The notes under the pieces were generated by a model. It was not told the origin of the DNA. It saw nothing but the letters and a program-made list of their open reading frames with translations, and made no database searches. From Prorocentrum cordatum (Eukaryota), in NCBI GenBank assembly GCA_963575745.1, contig CAUYUJ010000069.1, positions 1 through 64,000 on the forward strand: 64,000 bases of DNA. Direction: 5' to 3'. The position numbers and the translations under genes were made by a program. Positions 60,000-64,000 of this stretch are shown in pieces. How positions within the stretch are numbered: the stretch's first letter is position 1; every line of letters begins with the position of its first letter.

Positions 60000-62900
60000 G
60001 TGCCTCGATCGGCCTTCCTACCGCTCCTAGTCGAATTCGAAGATACCTGGTAGTCCCGTCATGGATTCGATGTTCCTCTCTCTCTCTCTGTCTCTCTACT
60101 TCTCCCTCTCTCTCTCTCTGTTTCCGTATTTGTTTGTTCTTCATTTCTCTTGCTCTTCCCCGTGGTGTCCCGTGGCGCCGGGACACCCCTTGTCAGGCCA
60201 TATGCTATTCTGTGTTATGCTAGCAGAAATGAGGGCGACCGTGAGAACTCTTGTGATGCCGATAGTGAGATCCATTGAGTGGGATCGAAAGTGAGATCGA
60301 TCGGGAGGTCTTTGTTGAGATGTGCAGTGAAGCCGATTAAGTAAGTTCGGTTGTGAGATCGACTGTGGGGATGATGGGACAGAGAGGTCGATCGTGACAT
60401 CGATGCTGATATCGATAGTGACATCGATTGATCGAGATCGATCATGAGACCTATCGTTAGATTGATCGTGTCTTCGTTCGTAAGATCGATAGTGAGATCG
60501 ATTGAGTGGCATGGATAGTCATGTATCGAATGTGAGATCGATTGAGTGACATGGATCGTGGGATCGATATAGAGAGATCGTCCGTGAGATCGATAGTGAT
60601 TTCGATCGAGGCATCGATAGTGAGATCGATCGTGAGGTCGGTGGTGCGATCGACAGTGCGATAGATAGTGAGATCGATAGTGACATCGATAATGAAATTG
60701 ATTGTGGGATCGACTGAGATCGATAGTGAGATCGAAAGTGATATCAACCGGGAAATTGACTGTGAGATCAATGGGGAGTTCAATCGTGATATCAAAAATA
60801 AGATGGATTGAGTGACATGGACAGTGAGATCGATAGTGAACTCGGTAGTGAGATCGATTGAGTGAGATGGATGATGAGATCGATTAGTGAGATCAATATT
60901 GAGATCGACCAGGAATCTGGGCTCCCGGGACCCAGAAACTCGAAACCTGGGAACCTTGCCGCCCACCGAAATCTGTCCAGAACCAGCAACCGGGGAACCG
61001 GAACCAGGAACCCAGGAACCCAGAGATCAATAAGTTGGAGCATAGTGTGATCGATAGTGAGTTCGATCGTGAGATGGATAATAAGATGGATTGTGAGATC
61101 GATAGTGAGATCGATAGTGAGGACGATAGTAAGGTCGACAGTGAGACCGATAGTGAAGTCGATTGAGTGAAGTCGATGGTGAGATCGATCGTGAGATCGA
61201 TCGTGCGATCTATAGGGAGATCGGTTGTGAGATCGACAGTGAGATCGATAGTGAGATGTGAAGTGGCATCGATAGAGAGGCCAAGCGAAAGTGAGATCCA
61301 TAGTGCGATTGATTATGTTAGTTTCATAGTGCGATCGATAGTGATGACGATAGTGATATCGATCCTAAGACTGAAATCAAAATCGATGGTGAGATCAATT
61401 GAATGAAATGTATTGTGAGGTCGGTAATGAAATCGATCGTGAGTTTGATCCTTGCATCGATAAAGAGATCGATAGGGAGATCGACCAGGAGCACAGAAAC
61501 CAGGGAACCCCGCCGCTCACGGAAATCGGTCTGGAACCAGAAACGTGGAGCCAGGAAGCCCGGAACCAGGAACCCGGAACCCATGCCGCCCACCGAAATC
61601 CGCTTCTAACGTTTGCCAGGATTTTCAATTTCCGCTAGGGCCCTGTCAGTGCAAGCACTGATTTGCGAACTTTTGCGTCGTCGGGGGCGCCTGTCCCAGG
61701 GCGGCTGGAAGCTTTATACCCCTATGGCTGTGCGTCAGGGTATGAATTACACTAGAGAAAACCCCAATCGGTGGATTTCCGAATTTTTCGCAGGTGTCTC
61801 GATCGGCCGTCTTCCCGCCCCAGTCTTTTTTGAATATGTTTCGTACTCTTGTCTAGTTCTTCGATGTCGATCTCTCTTTCTCTCTCTGCTTCTCTCTCTC
61901 TCTCTCTATTTTGTTGTTTCTCGTACTCTCTCTCTGTCTTCCTCTCTCTCTCTCTCTCTCCATCTCCCGTTGTGCGCGGGCATCTCGTGCAATGCTATGT
62001 TTATCGGCAGAGTGAGATCCATTGAGGGAGATCGAACGTGAGATCGATCGTGAGATTGGCAGTGAGGTCGATTCAGTAAGGGCGATTGGGAGATCGACAG
62101 TGAACTCGATAGCGACATCGATAGTGAGATCGATAGCGAGATCGATTGATCGAGATTGATCGTGAGATCTATTGTTAGATTGATCGTGTGTTCGATGAAG
62201 AGGTCGATGGTGCGATCGATTGATTGACATGGTTAAAAAGATCGATCGTGAGAGCATAGGGGAAATCCGTATTGATGTCGACAGTGAAATCGATTGAGTG
62301 ACATGGATAGTGGGATCGATAGTGATATCGACCGTGAGATCGATTATGATTTCGGTGGTGACACCGATAGTGATATCGATCGTGAGACCGGTGGTGCGAT
62401 CGACAGTACGATCGCGACAGATAGAGAGATCGATAGTGACATCGATAATGACATCGATTGTGAGATCGACTGTGCGATCGATTGGGAGATCCATTGTGAT
62501 ATCGATAGTGAGATCGATCGTGAGATCGATAGTGAGATCGGTAGTAAAATCGATTGTGAGATCGATCAGGAGATCACTCGTGATATCGAAATGGAGATCG
62601 ATTGAGTGGCACAGATAGTAAGATCGACAGTGAACTTGATAGTGATCGATCGAGTGTGATGGAGGATGAGATCGATTAGTGAGATCGATAATGAGATCGA
62701 CCGAGAATTCAGGTCCCCGTCAACCAGAAACTCGAACCGTGAGAATCCCGCCGCCCACCTAAATCGGTCCAGAACCAGCATTTGGAAACCAGGGAACCCG
62801 GAACCCGGTACCACGGGACCCCGCCCAAAACCGGAAACCCACCCACCCGGAAACCAGATATTTGCTACATTGCCGTAACATGCCATGTTCATTAGCTTGA

Positions 62901-63720
62901 TTGCCCCATAGTCGCATGCACATATGATATGTATTTGGAAGTATGCACGCACAGATGTGCCTATGGATCTTCTACGTGTAAATATATGAATGTAGTTATG
63001 CATCCCGCAATCGGTCCGTGGTGTCCCGTGGTTGGATCGTGAGATCGATAGTTGGAGCAATAGTGAGATTTGAAAGTGGTATCAGTAGTAAAAGAATGTA
63101 ATAGTGTGATTGATAGCGATAGTGAGATCGATAGTGAGTTGGATCGCGGGAAGGATCATGCGATTGATTGTGAGATCGATCGTGTCATCGATAATGAGGG
63201 CGATAGTAAGGTCGATAGTCAGACCGATCGTGAAGTCGATTGAGTAAAATCGATAGTGAGATTGATCGTGCGATCTATAGGGATATCGGTTATGAGATCG
63301 ACAGTAAGACCGATAGTGCGATCAAACGTGGGATCGATCGATGGAGAGGTCGATACTGAAGCCAGTAGTGAGATCGACATCGAGTCCGATAGCGAGGCCG
63401 ATTGAGTGAGATCCGTAGTGCGATCAATGATGACAAAGATAGTGAGAACGATTGGAATATTGATCATGTAATCGATGGTGATATTGATTGAGCGAGATGG
63501 TTTGTGAGATCGATCATGAGATCGATCATCAGTTCGATCGTTGCATCAATGGAGCGATCGATTGGGAGATCGACCAGAACTCGGAAACCTGGGAACCCCG
63601 CTGCCCACCGAAATCGGTCAGAACCAGCAACAGGGAACCGTGGAAACCCAGAACGGGGAACCCGGGAACCCGGCCGCCCACCGAAATCGGCCTCTCATTT
63701 TCGCAAAATCTTTCAAACTC
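60000..63720. repeat. two diverged ~1.6-1.9-kb units built on (GAGATCGATAGT)n 12-bp satellite with (CT)n heads and ggaacc-rich spacers
   Basis: Units ~60000-61625 and ~61795-63720 share the order CT tract, satellite, gaaactcgaa/gcccaccgaaatc spacer, satellite, spacer. Confidence 0.8.
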
Positions 63721-64000
63721 CGCTATAGGACCCCTTCAGCTGGTTGGGGAATTTCCCAGCTGCCCTGGGACAGGCGCCCCCGATGACGGAACAGTTCATT
63801 TCATACCGTTCTTCGCTCGCGAAGAGGTGGATTATCGGGGGCGGCAAGGAGGGGGTGATGACTAGGGCGGTGTGGATATCATTGCGAGGGCCACGGTATC
63901 TCTGCAGATTTCATGGCGCCTCTTCTTATTTCGATACGTCCCCAGTCCCCCCCGCCAGCCGGCCATGATTTGCGCCCCCCTTCTTGGGCGCCTCCCTCTT

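Noticed and set aside
60141..63467. Ile/Asp/Ser/Arg-rich ORFs
   Set aside because: Translations of the 12-bp GAGATCGATAGT satellite.
1..64000. rRNA or tRNA genes
   Set aside because: None recognised; the only tRNA-related signal is the 14-17-nt PBS.

Overview
GC-rich, repeat-dense eukaryotic DNA with no intact host gene that I can support. The copia protein style and (GAG)n/(CCT)n tracts suggest a dinoflagellate, but this is inference. Bases 1-30877 are a head-to-tail array of three ~11-kb copies of a decayed Ty1/copia LTR retrotransposon with single shared ~340-bp LTRs; the first copy runs off the left edge. Each unit has a very long gag with three CCCH-type fingers, protease, integrase and only the first ~100 codons of RT. 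The rest of RT/RNase H is replaced by a non-coding cassette carrying a second primer-binding site and a 47/248-bp higher-order repeat. The PBS (GGTTATCAGCCGAA) looks complementary to a tRNA anticodon arm rather than a tRNA 3' end. Bases 30878-64000 are a mosaic of satellites, microsatellites and nested short inverted-repeat elements (MITEs). Two groups stand out. One is a ~186-bp CCCAGACCCCC-ended TIR element flanked by long, variable direct repeats (12-42 bp), with single-copy empty sites in the window. The other is a set of internally unrelated MITEs with TCGG...CCGA or TAAAA...TTTTA ends and 5-bp target duplications. All alignments were done by eye; no database search was possible.
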